Source of the DNA: Haliotis cracherodii
Lineage: Eukaryota
Length of the DNA stretch: 64,000 nucleotides
Assembly: GCF_022045235.1 (NCBI RefSeq)
Contig: NW_027266297.1
Location: 66,588,001 to 66,652,000, forward strand
Direction of reading: 5' to 3'
Each line of letters opens with the position of its first letter. The first letter of the stretch is position 1. The notes under the pieces are model-generated. The model was not told where the DNA came from, did no database searches, and worked only from the letters and a program-made list of their open reading frames with translations. A program made the translations under genes and the position numbers. Below are positions 11,676-26,300 of the stretch, piece after piece.

Positions 11676-14600
11676 CAAGAGTGATCTCAGCCCACCCCAT
11701 GTCACTCTAAAGTGATCTCAGCCCAGGCCCATGTCACTCTGGAGTGATCTCAGCCCAGGCCCATGTCACTCGAGAGTGATCTCACCCCAGGCCCATGCCA
11801 CTCAAGAGTGATCTCAGCCCATGCCTTGTCACTCTAGAGTGATCTCAGCCCAGGCCCATGTCACTCTAGAGTGATCTCAGCCCAGGTCCATGTCACTCTA
11901 GAGTGATCTCAGCCCATCCCTTGTCACTCTAGAGTGATCTCAGCCCAGGCCCATGTCACTCTAGAGTGATCTCAGCCCAGGCCCATGTCACTCTAGAGTG
12001 ATCCCAGCCCAGGCCCATGTCACTCTAGAGTGATCTCAGCCCAGGTCCATGTCACTCTAGAGTGATCTCAGCCCATCCCTTGTCACTCTAGGGTGATCTC
12101 AGCCCAGGCCCATGTCACTCTAGAGTGATCTCAGCCCAGGTCAATGTCACTCTAGAGATATATCAGCCTAGGACTACGTCACTCTAGAGATATCTCAGCC
12201 CAGGTCCATGTAACTCAAGAGTGATCTCAGCCCAGGCCCATGTCACTCTAGAGATATCTCAGCCTAGGACTACGTCACTGTAGAGATATCTCAGCCCAGG
12301 TCCATGTAACTCAAGAGTGATCTCAGCCCATTCCTTGTCACACTAGAGTGATCTCAGCCCAGGTCCATGTCACACTAGAGTGATCTCAGCCCAGGCCCAT
12401 GTCACTCTAGAGATATCTCAGCCTAGGACTACGTCACTCTAGAGATATCTCAGCCCAGGCCCATGTCACTCTAAAGTGATCTCAGCCCATCCCTTGTCAC
12501 TCTAGAGTGATCTCAGCCCAGGTCCATGTCACACTAGAGATATCTCAGCCCAGGCCCATGTCACTCTAGAGATATCTCAGCCCAGGCCCATGTCACTCTA
12601 GAGTGATCTCAGCCCATCCCTTGTCACTCTAGAGTGATCTCAGCCAAGGTCCGTGTCACTCTAGAGTGATCTCAGCCCATCCCTTGTCACTCTAGGGTGA
12701 TCTCAGCCCAGGCCCATGTCACTCTAGAGTGATCTCAGCCCAGGCCCATGTCACTCTAGAGTGATCTCAACCCAGGTCCATGTCACTCTAGAGTGTTCTC
12801 AGCCCAGGTCCATGTCACACTAGAGTGTTCTCAGCCCAGGCCCATGTCACTCTAGAGTGATCTCAGCCCAGGTCCATGTCACACTAGAGTGATCTCAGCC
12901 CAGGTCCATGTCACACTAGAGTGATCTCAGCCCAGGTCCATGTCACACTAGAGTGATCTCAGCCCATTCCTTGTCACTCTAGAGTGATCTCAGCCCATTC
13001 CTTGTCACACTAGAGTGATCTCAGTCCATGCCCATGTCACACTAGAGTGATCTCAGCCCAGGTCCATGTCACACTAGAGTGTTCTCAGCCCAGGCCCATG
13101 TCACTCTAGTGATCTCAGCCCATTCCTTGTCACACTAGAGTGATCTCAGTCCATGCCCATGTCACACTAGAGTGATCTCAGCCCAGGTCCATGTCACTCT
13201 AGAGTGATCTCAGCCCATCCCTTGTCACTCTAGGGTGATCTCAGCCCAGGCCCATGTCACTCTAGAGTGATCTCAGCCCAGGTCAATGTCACTCTAGAGA
13301 TATATCAGCCTAGGACTACGTCACTCTAGAGATATCTCAGCCCAGGTCCATGTAACTCAAGAGTGATCTCAGCCCAGGCCCATGTCACTCTAGAGATATC
13401 TCAGCCTAGGACTACGTCACTGTAGAGATATCTCAGCCCAGGTCCATGTAACTCAAGAGTGATCTCAGCCCATTCCTTGTCACACTAGAGTGATCTCAGC
13501 CCAGGTCCATGTCACACTAGAGTGATCTCAGCCCAGGCCCATGTCACTCTAGAGATATCTCAGCCTAGGACTACGTCACTCTAGAGATATCTCAGCCCAG
13601 GCCCATGTCACTCTAAAGTGATCTCAGCCCATCCCTTGTCACTCTAGAGTGATCTCAGCCCAGGTCCATGTCACACTAGAGATATCTCAGCCCAGGCCCA
13701 TGTCACTCTAGAGATATCTCAGCCCAGGCCCATGTCACTCTAGAGTGATCTCAGCCCATCCCTTGTCACTCTAGAGTGATCTCAGCCAAGGTCCGTGTCA
13801 CTCTAGAGTGATCTCAGCCCATCCCTTGTCACTCTAGGGTGATCTCAGCCCAGGCCCATGTCACTCTAGAGTGATCTCAGCCCAGGCCCATGTCACTCTA
13901 GAGTGATCTCAACCCAGGTCCATGTCACTCTAGAGTGTTCTCAGCCCAGGTCCATGTCACACTAGAGTGTTCTCAGCCCAGGCCCATGTCACTCTAGAGT
14001 GATCTCAGCCCAGGTCCATGTCACACTAGAGTGATCTCAGCCCAGGTCCATGTCACACTAGAGTGATCTCAGCCCAGGTCCATGTCACACTAGAGTGATC
14101 TCAGCCCATTCCTTGTCACTCTAGAGTGATCTCAGCCCATTCCTTGTCACACTAGAGTGATCTCAGTCCATGCCCATGTCACACTAGAGTGATCTCAGCC
14201 CAGGTCCATGTCACACTAGAGTGTTCTCAGCCCAGGCCCATGTCACTCTAGTGATCTCAGCCCATTCCTTGTCACACTAGAGTGATCTCAGTCCATGCCC
14301 ATGTCACACTAGAGTGATCTCAGCCCAGGTCCATGTCACACTAGAGTGTTCTCAGCCCAGGCCCATGTCACTCTAGAGTGATCTCAGCCCAGGTCCATGT
14401 CACACTAGAGTGTTCTCAGCCCAGGCCCATGTAACTCAAGAGTGATCTCAGCCCATCCCTTGTCACTCTAGAGTGATCTCAGCCCATGTCCATGTCACTC
14501 TGGAGTGATCTCAACCCAGGTCCATGTCACTCTAGAGTGATCTCAGCCCAGGTCCATGTCACTCTGGAGTGATCTCAGCCCAGGTCCATGTCACACTAGA

Positions 14601-15236
14601 GTGATCTCAGCCCAGGTCCATGTCACACTAGAGTGATCTCAGCCCAGGTCCATGTCACACTAGAGTGATCTCAGCCCAGGCCCATGTCACTCAAGAGTGA
14701 TCTCAGCCCAGGTCCATGTCACTCTAGAGTGATCTCAGCCCATCCCTTGTCACTCTAGAGTGATCTCAGCCTAGGCCCATGTCACTCTAGAGTGATCTCA
14801 GCCCAGGTCCATGTCACTCTGGAGTGATCTCAGCCCAGGCCCATGTCACTCGAGAGTGATCTCAGCCTAGGACTACGTCACTCTAGAGATATCTCAGCCC
14901 AGGTCCATGTAACTCAAGAGTGATCTCAGCCCATTCCTTGTCACACTAGAGTGATCTCAGCCCAGGTCCATGTCACACTAGAGTGATCTCAGCCCAGGCC
15001 CATGTCACTCTAGAGATATCTCAGCCTAGGACTACGTCACTCTAGAGATATCTCAGCCCAGGCCCATGTCACTCTAGAGTGATCTCAGCCCATCCCTTGT
15101 CACTAGAGTGATCTCAGCCCAGGTCCATGTCACACTAGAGTGATCTCAGCCCAGGCCCATGTCACTCTAGAGTGATCTCAGCCCATCCCTTGTCACTCTA
15201 GAGTGATCTCAGCCCATGTCCATGTCACACTTGAGT
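11676..15236. repeat. 31/32-bp satellite, about 110 units, with an internal higher-order duplication
   Basis: Unit CTAGAGTGATCTCAGCCCAGGCCCATGTCACT. Confidence 0.97.
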
Positions 15237-15248
15237 GTCACTAAAATG

Positions 15249-17435
15249 TAACACCATTACATGGCCCTACGGGGGTCTAACACCATTACATGGCCCTACA
15301 GGAGGTTTAACACCATTACATGGCCTAACAGGGGTCTAACACCATAACATGGCCCTACGGGGGTCTAACCTACAGGAGGTTTAACACCATTACATGGCCC
15401 CACAGGAGGTTTAACACCATTCCATGGCCCTACACGAGGCTTAACACAATTACATGGCCCTACACGAGGAGTAACACCATTACATGACACTACACGAGGC
15501 CTAACACCATTGCATGGCAATACACGAGGTATAACACCATTACATGGCCCTACACGAGGCCTAGCACCATTACATGGCCCTACACGAGGAATAACACCAT
15601 TGCATGGCAATACACGAGGAGTAACACCATTACATGACACTACACGAGGCCTAACACCATTACATAGCCCTACGTGAGGTCTAACACCATTACATGGCCC
15701 TACACGAGGTATAACACCATTACATGACCCTACACGAGGCCTAACAACATTGCATGTCAATACACGAGGTATAACACCATTGCGTGGCCCTACAGGAGGT
15801 CTAACACCATTACAGGGCCCTACATGAGGTCTAACACCATTACATGGCCCTACATGAGGTCTAACACAATTACATGGCCCTACGTGAGGTCTCACATCAT
15901 TACATGGCCCTAAACGAGGTCTAACACCAGTACATGGCCCTGCATGAGGTTTAACACAATTACATGGCCCTACGTGAGGTTTAACATAATTACATGGCCC
16001 TACGTGAGGTGTAACACAATTACATTGCCCTGCATGAGGTCTAACACAATTATATGGCCCTGTGCGAGGTCTAACACCATTACATGGCTCTGCGCGAGGT
16101 CTATCACCATTACATGGCCCTAAACGAGGTCTAACACAATTACGTGGCCCTACATGAGGTATAACACAATTGCATGGCCCTACATGAGGTCTAACACAAT
16201 TACATGGCCCTATGTGAGGTCTAACACCATTACATGGCCCTAAACGAGGTCTAACACCATTACATGGCCTTACGTGAGGTTTAACACCATTACATGGCCC
16301 TACGTGAGGTTTAACACAATTACATGGCCCTACACGAGGAATAACACAATTATATGGCCCTGCATGAGGTCTAACACCATTACATGGCCCTGCGCGAGGT
16401 CTAACAACATTACATGGCCCTAAACGAGGTATAACACAATTACATGGCCCTACATGAGGTCTAACACAATTACATGGCCCTATGTGAGGTCTAACACCAT
16501 TACATGGCCCTAAACGAGGTCTAACACCATTACAGGGCCTTACATGAGGTTTAACACCATTACATGGCCCTACGTGAGGTTTAACACAATTACATGGCCC
16601 TACGTGAGGTCTAACACAATTATATGGCCCAGCGCGAGGTCTAACACCATTACATGGCCCTGCACGAGGTCTCACACCATTACATGGCCCTAAACGAGGT
16701 CTAACACCATTACAGGGCCCTACGTGAAGTCTAACACCATTACATGGCCCTACACGAGGTATAACACCATTACATGACCCTACACGAGGCCTAACACCAT
16801 TGCATGTCAATACACGAGGTATAACACCATTGCGTGGACCTACATGAGGTCTAACACCATTGCATGTCAATACACGAGGTATAACACCATTACGTGGACC
16901 TACATGAGGTCTAACACCATTACGTGGCCCTACATGAGGTCTAACATCATTACATGGCCCTGCGCGAGGTCTAACACCATTATATGGCCCTGCGCGAGGT
17001 CTAACACCATTACATGGCCCTACACGAGGCCTTACACCATTGCATGGCAATACACGAGGTATAACACCATTACATGGCCCTAAACGAGGATTAACACCAT
17101 AACATGGCCCTACACGAGGCCTCACACCCTTACATGGCCCTACATGATGTCTAACACAATCACATGGCCCTACAGGAGGTCTAACACCACTACATGGCCC
17201 TATAGGAGGTCTAACACCATAACATGGCCCTACACGAAGTCTAACAACATTATATGACAATACAATAGGTCTAACATCATTACATGACCCTACACGAGGC
17301 CTAACGCGATTACATGGCCCTACACGAGGTCAAATACCATTACAGGGCTCTGCGCGAGATCTAATACCGTTACATGGCCCTACACGAGGTCTAACACCAT
17401 AACCTGACCCTAAGCGAGGTCTAACCTCATTATGT
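15249..17435. repeat. 30-bp satellite, about 72 units
   Basis: Unit AACACCATTACATGGCCCTACACGAGGTCT; source of the 631-aa minus-strand ORF. Confidence 0.97.
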
Positions 17436-18304
17436 GCACTCGCAGTAAACACTTGTAAGGCATTGCTCTGCCAGTATAGGCTCAGTATCTGTGTCTCACA
17501 AAACCAACCGGATACCACCGCCTTGATATCACGTGACACGTTGCGTGACAAGTGCTCGTTGTCGTCACGAGTGCGACGTCTGGCACGGAACCAGGACAAA
17601 CCAGTGGACATCAGCGTGTCGCAGTGTTGTGTCTCCCTACGTGGTTGTCATGACCTGCCGGAAGTATGACGTCATGACTCTTCCTGGAACAGAGTGTGGA
17701 GATCAAGGAACCATGGAATATGAACACACTTTGAATAGAAACAGCCACACAAATTACAACAAGACACAACGCCATAAAGTTTTCATCGTAATGATTAAAA
17801 CCCCCGCCACATTTTCACTGGGACCAAACAGTAAACCACGCAGACGGCAATAATCCGAATGCGCGCGCATTCGGTTTGTTGCGGCCTCCATTCAAAATGT
17901 GGCTGGGTTGGTCTTTGGGCTGTTTCATATTTTGCTGACCGCCATTCTATATAACATTTTACCATGCCCCTCCCCCCAATACATGTAACATTTTCTTATG
18001 ATCTCCTACCCCAACTATGATATATGACCACACCATAAAAATATTCAAATTTATATTTGTGTATACGATCAACTAGAACTGCATAAGTAAGTAATAATGT
18101 TTCTGATGTTTCAGTGAAAGTGACGATCTCACTGATGGAGAGGTTGTCTAAGATGAGGTGACGATGTTAATGTTAGTGGCGTTTCACAGATGAAGGTAAC
18201 GCTCTGAATGACACTGACGTTTCCCATTCTAAGGTGACAATCTGAATGTCAATGGCATCACATAGTTGACTTCAATATTCAGAAACGAATAGGAGGGCGA
18301 CGCG

Positions 18305-18541
18305 TTTGGCTGTGCAGAGTTGCGTCCCTTCGGGCGCGCCAGAAACCTATATTGTGGGTTCGAATCCTTATTCCCCCCGATAATGTTTCTAGGTTTGTCA
18401 GCACCATATCCGTGCTCGTGGGTTTCACCGAAGTGGTAAACGTCTGAGACCTGCATCACTTCAGGATTTCCTTCCACATTAAGCTGACACGCTGTGATAT
18501 AACTGTAATACTGTTGAAGGCGATGTTAAACCCAACTCACT
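18305..18541 (+). mobile_element. SINE family B copy, 5' truncated
   Basis: Family match. Confidence 0.85.
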
Positions 18542-19512
18542 AACAGAAACGAATATGTGAACGTCAATGACATTTCAACAGTTCAAAATGTAAGTGACGT
18601 TTCCGAATTGCCGATCTGAATGATAGCAATGTTTCCCAGATAACAGTGGAGATCTCAATGTGTACGTGACAGTTCCCTGTTAAAGGTGACGTTTCTTAAA
18701 TGAGGGTGACACTCATAATGTTCAAGCAAGTGGTTTAACGTCTTGGTGGTGTCTAGAATTGAAGGTAATGCTGATTATAGTAATACAATTTTCGTGCAAT
18801 GCTGCTACTTAATCTCCTACTCTTTGGGCATAAGCTAAAACAGTCCAAATAGTTAACAACACGATGAAGTGTGTGATGTGATAAACAGTCCAAGTTATTG
18901 ACAAAAGGCTGAATGTTTGATGTGATAAACACAGTTTTGTCGAATGAAGAAATACTATTTACAAGTAAAATGCCGGGCTAAAGAGAGTATACACTTGCAA
19001 ATTGGATTTACCAAAGCCTTGCTAGGCTGAAAACAGTCGCTGAAACTCTGCAAACGTAAAGTTCAAAGCACAACTACATCACTATCGAAAAAGAATTTGT
19101 TTCATGTTTAGACACCAGGGTGTAGACTTTCTTTTGCCCAGTAGTTTACCTCCACAACAGTCTTCTTATATATGCATACCGTGCACCTATATACAAATAC
19201 TCATAAAAAACTAATTACATGTTTGTTTTTCAAAACGTCTATCCTAAATAATATGGTTATTTTCACTGGATCCTTACAACATTGATGCGACCTTTTTACC
19301 CCAACTGGGCTAAATGTGAGACGTCTTCGATCCCTTTTCGTTTGGTGATTATTTTGGTGATTTTACGAGTGCTTACGGAGGGACAGTTTTCGCACTCTCA
19401 TTCAATCTCATTAAGGACCAGTGCTTGATAGCAAGTTCACATTAGGAGGATGAAGAGTGACAGAATTGCTCCCACTGTTAAGGGAGGCTGACAGTAAATG
19501 TACAAAACAATA

Positions 19513-19551
19513 GAAGAAGAAGAAGAAGAAGAAGAAGAAGAAGAAGAAGAA
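19513..19551. repeat. (GAA)n microsatellite
   Basis: About 13 GAA units. Confidence 0.95.
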
Positions 19552-20709
19552 AATTGTTTATTTTTGTCTCACCCATGGTCACAAAATACATTACACCACA
19601 AGATAAAACATGGCCACTCATTCAGGGTTATGAGAGACATTTAACATATATGTTTTTAAATATGTGATATAATTTATAATTTGTTTATATGTTAAATGTC
19701 TCTCATACTTATATGTTTTTAAATATGTGATATAATTTATAATTTGTTTATAAGTATCGGGTCACACGAGCAACCTGCACTTACAATATCAAATATTACC
19801 CACAATAAAATATCTAAATATAACCTGCAATACAATGCTTGAAGACGACCCGCAGTGTAATATTTAGATACAGACCGCTGGAAACAGTGCTGTGTACAAA
19901 TAATAAATTGATATCATATTATTATGATATATTTACATCCATACGTCGTCAAAACATCAGGGACACTGTTGCAGCTAGGCAATGTTATACATGTATCGCC
20001 TCGTTTTGCATAAGGTAAACAAACTTATTATTTTTGGCTAAACTGAGAAAATTATTGTCGGTGGTGTGAGCATCCATCAGTAAGTTACAACGGATATCTG
20101 AGTATAGTCTGCAGTTCATTAGGAAATGAAATTTGTCTTCTACGATATTTTGATTACAAAAGTTACATGTTCTTTCCTCTAGCTGGTCGACTAAATCTTC
20201 CTAATTCAATTTGAAGAGGTAGAGTGCCACATCTCAATTTAGCGAGATTACCTCTATGTTGTCTGCTTCTGATTAATTTAACGTATGGTTCTGTGCAGGA
20301 ATTAACTTTTTAAATTTCCTATAGGTACGAAGCTTATTACCGTTGGCTAGTCCCCGGTCATTCCACAGGTCGTTAAACCACGTAAAAGAGTCCATATGGA
20401 TGGGGATTATCGATTAGCAATCAGCCATGTGGGGATAACATCTTGCGGGTCTTCCCACTCATTTAACTGGTATTGTCAATGTCCGTTGTCAATCAAGACT
20501 TAATTAGTAACATTGTAAAGAATATATACATTAGGTGGAGGATTAACAGTAACAACAATTGCACACATGAGTGGGAAAACAGGAGTAAGTAGTGACAATA
20601 GAAGGACAATACTGTCAGAACGTGACAGAGAACACATAGGTGGAAGCCAATAGGACATGAATCCAAATAAACAGGATAAGTTTGCCAAAGTGTGGTGATT
20701 ATTGTTTAA

Positions 20710-20778
20710 TGAATATTAAAGAAGTTGTTATCCATAAATCGTGTCATCCGTCAACTTCTAAGTAATGCCTATCAAAAA
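20710..20778 (+). mobile_element. Fragment of the hammerhead-associated (Penelope-like) repeat seen at 39744-40073
   Basis: Shares TATTAAAGAAGTTGTTATCCATAAA...CAACTTCTAAGTAATGCCTATCAAA. Confidence 0.7.
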
Positions 20779-21057
20779 ACAAAAGGTATCCCCTGTATTT
20801 TGCTACCCGTGGGGTGTCCACCCACCAAAACCCCCAGCCTCCACTTTCCCCACTTGGTAGGGGCATAACAACGTAGAGATTAAGTGGCGGGTGTAGTCCA
20901 CTACATCATTAGGGGGTCTTCATTCAATCAATGTATTTTCATCGCAAAAGCTTGTCTATCATGGAAAAGGCAACCTTTCAGTTCTGTGGGGAAAGGTAAT
21001 CTGGGGGCATTCTGTGCATCCAGCGGTGACAAGGTTATCTTGACATTTTCACGTCAT

Positions 21058-21452
21058 TCGTCACCACTCGCCCCTTTCCGTAATTCGTCCCCCTCATTCG
21101 TGACCAACTCGTGTTATTCCGGGACTTGCGGGTTACGGAAAGTGGCGAGTGGTGACGAATGTCGTCCCCCTATGGACGACAGTTATGTGAGAAAATACGA
21201 CCAACCAGTCAGAATGCGTGTATGACATGAAGTACTTCGATCAAAGAATCCCTCTGGAATAATTTTTCATATTACCCATGTCTTGCATCTAAAAATATAC
21301 CCATGGTACAGTTAAATGTGTCCCGATGTGTTTTAAATAACATCCGGAATATATATCACATATATACGTGAATCATTATGCAATGTCATTTGAGCTTAGA
21401 CGAAACCAAGCCGCTATTCGGCTTGTCCCGGAATAACACGAGTTGGTCACGT
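21058..21452. mobile_element. Palindromic repeat element (IR TCGTCACCACTCGCCCCTTTCCGTAA), second copy at 61021-61094
   Basis: Internal inverted repeats and a dispersed second copy. Confidence 0.55.
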
Positions 21453-23294
21453 TATACACGATAATTAGCCTTTTTATTACTATTTTTATTTATCCAAAGG
21501 CTGTCAAGAATAGGTTGCTTTAACACACGCTTATATACATGTACAAACCGATATAAGTATAGTCACATACAGTTACCTATACACAGCGTGACAGTCCACT
21601 TGTCAGTGTGTGAATACACACTGATTACATTGTTGTGCTGCTGTGAAAAACAGGGCACCCTTTTGGTAGCCTGGGAGTACCCAGGATATATATTACATTC
21701 GTCCGCTTGAAAACTAACAGTTGCAACACTTGCAACAGTAGCTGCCGGACACGATAACCAATCCAAGGATTCTCTTTAACCAAGGTTGCTTTAATTTCAC
21801 CTGATCTGTGACCTGTACACATAGCTGCTGATGGTTCAAGTCGAATTCCATATAGTGAAACCACGAACATTCGAACTCGATATATCGTTTAACATAAGGG
21901 ACGTCTGTACGTCGTTTGTCTCTGTCTCGAACAACGGATAACTCGACAACTATTCGGTGACCCCAGAACTTAATTCGGTGATATCTCATAATATTATTAA
22001 CAAGAACTCTTTTACGTTATGGAACCATCGGGAGCATTTGCATATATTGGGTGGGTTGTGTGTGTGTGTGAAGGGGGTGGGGGGTGGGGGTGGGGAGTGG
22101 GGGGGTGGGGGGGGGGGTGGGGGGGGGTGGTTGAATGTATGTCTGGTCAGGGTGGGGCGTGGGCGCAGGGTAATTGTATGTATGTTTTGTGTAGGTAAAT
22201 AAATGTTATGAATGCTTGCTGTGGAGTGGTGGTATGTAACTATGAGTGTAAATTATGTTCGCTTTTATGTATTTTGGTTAGTTCAAGACGTGTTTTAATA
22301 TATATATAACTGTTATGTAACTTATTGTATTTTATTGTGTCTCATGGGCTCTTCTGGTCGGACATTTAATACAATTGTACCCCACCAAGACTTAAACTAT
22401 GCAGGTACTAAATGTACATTAATACAATATTTTTCTCTCTTATGAATCTGGTTATTTTCAAATATTATACACCTTGATGCTATTGATCTGTACATTTTGT
22501 TCTGTCTGCAACGAGGCACTCCCGACTTAATCGTAATGGTTATTTTAACCTCTCTCGTAACATGTTTAGACGATACCAATGAAAATAGGGACATAAAGAG
22601 AAAGGTCAGGTATCTAGTGTACGCCTTAGAAGAGGCATGCTGTGTTTGAAGCAACGTCTAATAGGTATCAATACCTATCTGAGCTTGCCAAGAATCTGTT
22701 TGTTTACATTTATTTGAATTCACAGTGAGTGTTAGGCCAAATTATTCCGACATCAGTTACGCCCATTAAACAATTATATGAAGCTGTCATAAGTTCTGTA
22801 GGTCTCAGGCCTACTTGAATTGTTTGTAGGCTTCATTTCTCACTGAACACGGCCCGACATGTCACACAACGGTGTTTGTCCAACAGTCTGTATATACAAA
22901 GTTAAATATCTGAGACCTGCTCACCAATTAGCATGACGCAGATTGACATTGAATCCCAACGTAATATCCACAAACGAATCTACTAACGACATTGCCCTTG
23001 TTAAACGCTAACGATAAAGCTATACAAATATATTCAACTTAGCCGGACAAAAGTGGCATTCGACGGCTGTGCTTACATGTCGTGTGTGTCTCTAGTCATG
23101 TATAGCGCTACAATAGAGGGATCGAGGCCGCCGTGTCTCAATCGGCGCGAAAACAGAGTCGAGACCTCTCATTATCGCGCTACCGAGATAGTACCGATAT
23201 ATGCTGGCACTGGACTCGCGCATGCGCGGAGAGTATACAGCCGCTGATCACGACATTACCTGGGATTTCATATGGTAGTTGGTGGGATATTATC

Positions 23295-23351
23295 ATGGCG
23301 GCGTCAGGATGTGTGCGACCATGCTTCATCGTATTCAATCTGCTGTTTTGG
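23295..23351 (+). CDS. Tetraspanin 1 exon 1 (MAASGCVRPCFIVFNLLFW)
   Basis: ATCATGG start context, 19 codons, GTAAGT donor, paralogous to the exon at 62257. Confidence 0.88.
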
Positions 23352-26300
23352 GTAAGTCTCATATTCCTGTATGAAATTATACAAATGTAATTCAATATAG
23401 TTTTATTTCCAAGGTTCATGTCAAACGACTTAATAACAAAAACGTTAAAACAGTAACTTCAGGTCAAATTACACATATCATGGTACATCTCAAAATGGCA
23501 CAGTTCTATCGCTTGATATCGTATTGTTCTAATCCGTAGTTCAACGCATGGAATTTGAAATAAATTTTGATGAAACATTTGACAATAACACATTCCATGC
23601 GTGGCATCTGTGATGCGATATTCTGTCGTTGATGGTCACTTTATCGTCGACGATGTGCTGGGTGTTGTTGGTGATGTCCCGTGGAGACGCTCACCTGACA
23701 GGGGCACCACAGGGACATCACCTTGCTCATCACGAATGGATTCCTTTTCGTTTCGTTATTTGATCCCTATTGTTCTTACTCATGTATAATTCACAACAAA
23801 GCGTCATTTCCACCTTAAATCACCACGACGGAATTGCTGGGATAAGAACTCTTAGGGTCAGAACACTCTACCTTTAGTTATGACCCATGGCTGTGATTAC
23901 TTGACATTATCAGTTGAAGAAACACGTAACGGTTAATATGTTTTGCAGCCGACTTTGACAGATGCCGACATGGACAGACGGGACATTTTGTCACGGGGCT
24001 ACACTGTACTCCCCGGTTAAATCACCATCCTCTGTTGATGATGATGTCTCCACATACTGCTGTGGAATAAGCGCACATTTTGTTCATGTCAATGTCCTCC
24101 CTACAATGATCTAGACTTGCGTATATGCACCAGTCGTGTGGCCTGAATTTATGTAGTGGCTGTTTAAAAGTAATACATAATTGATAATGTAACTGAGGTT
24201 TGATTTTGACAGGGCGAAAGGTCAGTACCATATACAGTAAAGTATGGTTATAACGAACTCAAAGGGACTGCTAATTTTAGTTCGTTATAACCGTAGTTCG
24301 TTGTAAGCACATATACAGCATAACTACAGCAAATAGTCGGGACCAAAAAGGAAAGTTCGTTATATCCGTCAGTTCGTTATAAGCATGTTCGTTATAACCG
24401 TAGTTTACTGTACATATTGACGCTTGTCTACACCAGNNNNNNNNNNNNNNNNNNNNNNNNNNNNNNNNNNNNNNNNNNNNNNNNNNNNNNNNNNNNNNNN
24501 NNNNNNNNNNNNNNNNNNNNNNNNNNNNNNNNNNNNNNNNNNNNNNNNNNNNNNNNNNNNNNNNNNNNNATGTGTAGATGTTTCATTTCTTGTAATTTAA
24601 TATGACCACATCGGCAGTCGTAACGGTTAGGATCATGTTTCATTAGTGCGTACCCGCCACATCTCGCGAGCCGATCGTTTTAAAAAAACACGGGAATGGT
24701 AAAAGAAGGGGAAAAGTATCAAGTCTTAGAAAGTAAAGAACATGGTCTGTACATGGCCGTTGGTCGAGTCGTAGAAGCCACTATAATAAGGACAATGGTG
24801 TAACAATATATGCGCTGACATGTCACTGCTTGTTTCTCTGACTCAATTATTTAAAGACCCCCACAAAACAATATTCACCCATCAATGGTGAAGGTGAAAT
24901 ACATAACACTCAGCTGAAATTCGACCACATCGTATACAAACCTACTGTTCTGCATCACGAGGTTCAAACCGATATAAAACTTACTTCCGCATGTTTTACT
25001 GGACGTCAACAATTTAACCACAATACCGATGTGATACCAATACCTTGTCATTGTTGAATGAAGACACACTGTGGTTTAAGTTTACATGTGAAGAGATACA
25101 CATCTGCTTTGAAATAGCTCAAGAGAAAACACAGCCGCCTTATCTCCTACCTACGTCTTTCCGGTCAATGACAGCGTGTCACATTAACCGTTAGTCGACC
25201 TTAGACAAGGCGTAACGCTTACCCCTGCAACGACAGCAACCCGGTCCACGAGTAGGGGGTATACAAGTCATCCGCCGTAATGCAGGATGAAGTTGTTTGG
25301 TATATAACTCCGAACTCAACATGACGTATTTGCCACACCTTATATCAAAACCCCTGTGGTGACCATGGCCAGAGCGGAGTTACCCACGCCCTAAACCATC
25401 AGGGGAGATTACTCTAAAGACGTCCGACAACTTCAGTTGAAAAACATTTCTGTGTAATTTATGATTCTAGGATATTATCAGTTATTTAAACACTTTTTCA
25501 AAAGGAGGTTTAATAGAATTAAATATCCTCATGACCCGGATTCGATTCTCGACATGGGTACAGTGTGCGAAGCCCATTTCTGGTGTCCCCCCGCCGTGAT
25601 ATTGCCGGAATATTGCTTAAAACGGCGTAAAACCTTACTCACTCACTCGTATAACATGATATGCGTTTTTAAAGAAACCCTTTTCATGGTTAATATAAAT
25701 TAAGTTACCATTCGATACCAACTCTTATTCATATTAAAATGTTGTGTAATGTGATAGTCACGTGAACTAGCGAAACTAGTTTATCCATTTCGAATAATGA
25801 TTCCTCCCAATGCTGCCCATTCGGTTGAGGCAAGTCGAATGCAAAGTAGACCTGAGACACTTTGTGCCATTCTACTTTGTTTTGGAACACTAGGATAAAG
25901 AAGACATATCTATTTGTCGCAGCAGCATAGCAATGTAGTGACAGTTGGGAGTGAGTGTTTGAGGTTTGGGAGAAGGCGTTGGGGTTGGTCAATGCGAAAT
26001 CAGATGGGGGGAAAACCTCATATGACAAGCAAACAATTTGACCACCAGGATACCCAACCACCAGTAAACACTGATGAGTTAATGTCTTCACGTCACCCAA
26101 GTCCACAATACCCACCCGCCCAAATTTCAAATGAATAAATGATTATTTATTCAATTGCATTGTTAAATATATATAATTTCAGCATATATCATTTAACGTT
26201 TGAAACACAACGTGTCAACTATCATCACCCAATAGTTATCTTCTTCTTTTTCACTTCATTTTTACTAAACTAGAAACTGGGACTTCAACTGCAGCAGCAC

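Noticed and set aside
15365-17260. 631-aa Cys/Pro/Gly/Arg-rich ORF (VRPHVGPCNG)n
   Set aside because: It lies entirely within a 30-bp satellite whose unit is a multiple of three and has few stop-prone codons. It starts at TTG rather than ATG and has no signal peptide or unique flanking domain. Expression data would be needed to revive it.
11676-17435. CRISPR-like array
   Set aside because: Head-to-tail repeats without unique spacers, no cas genes, eukaryotic context
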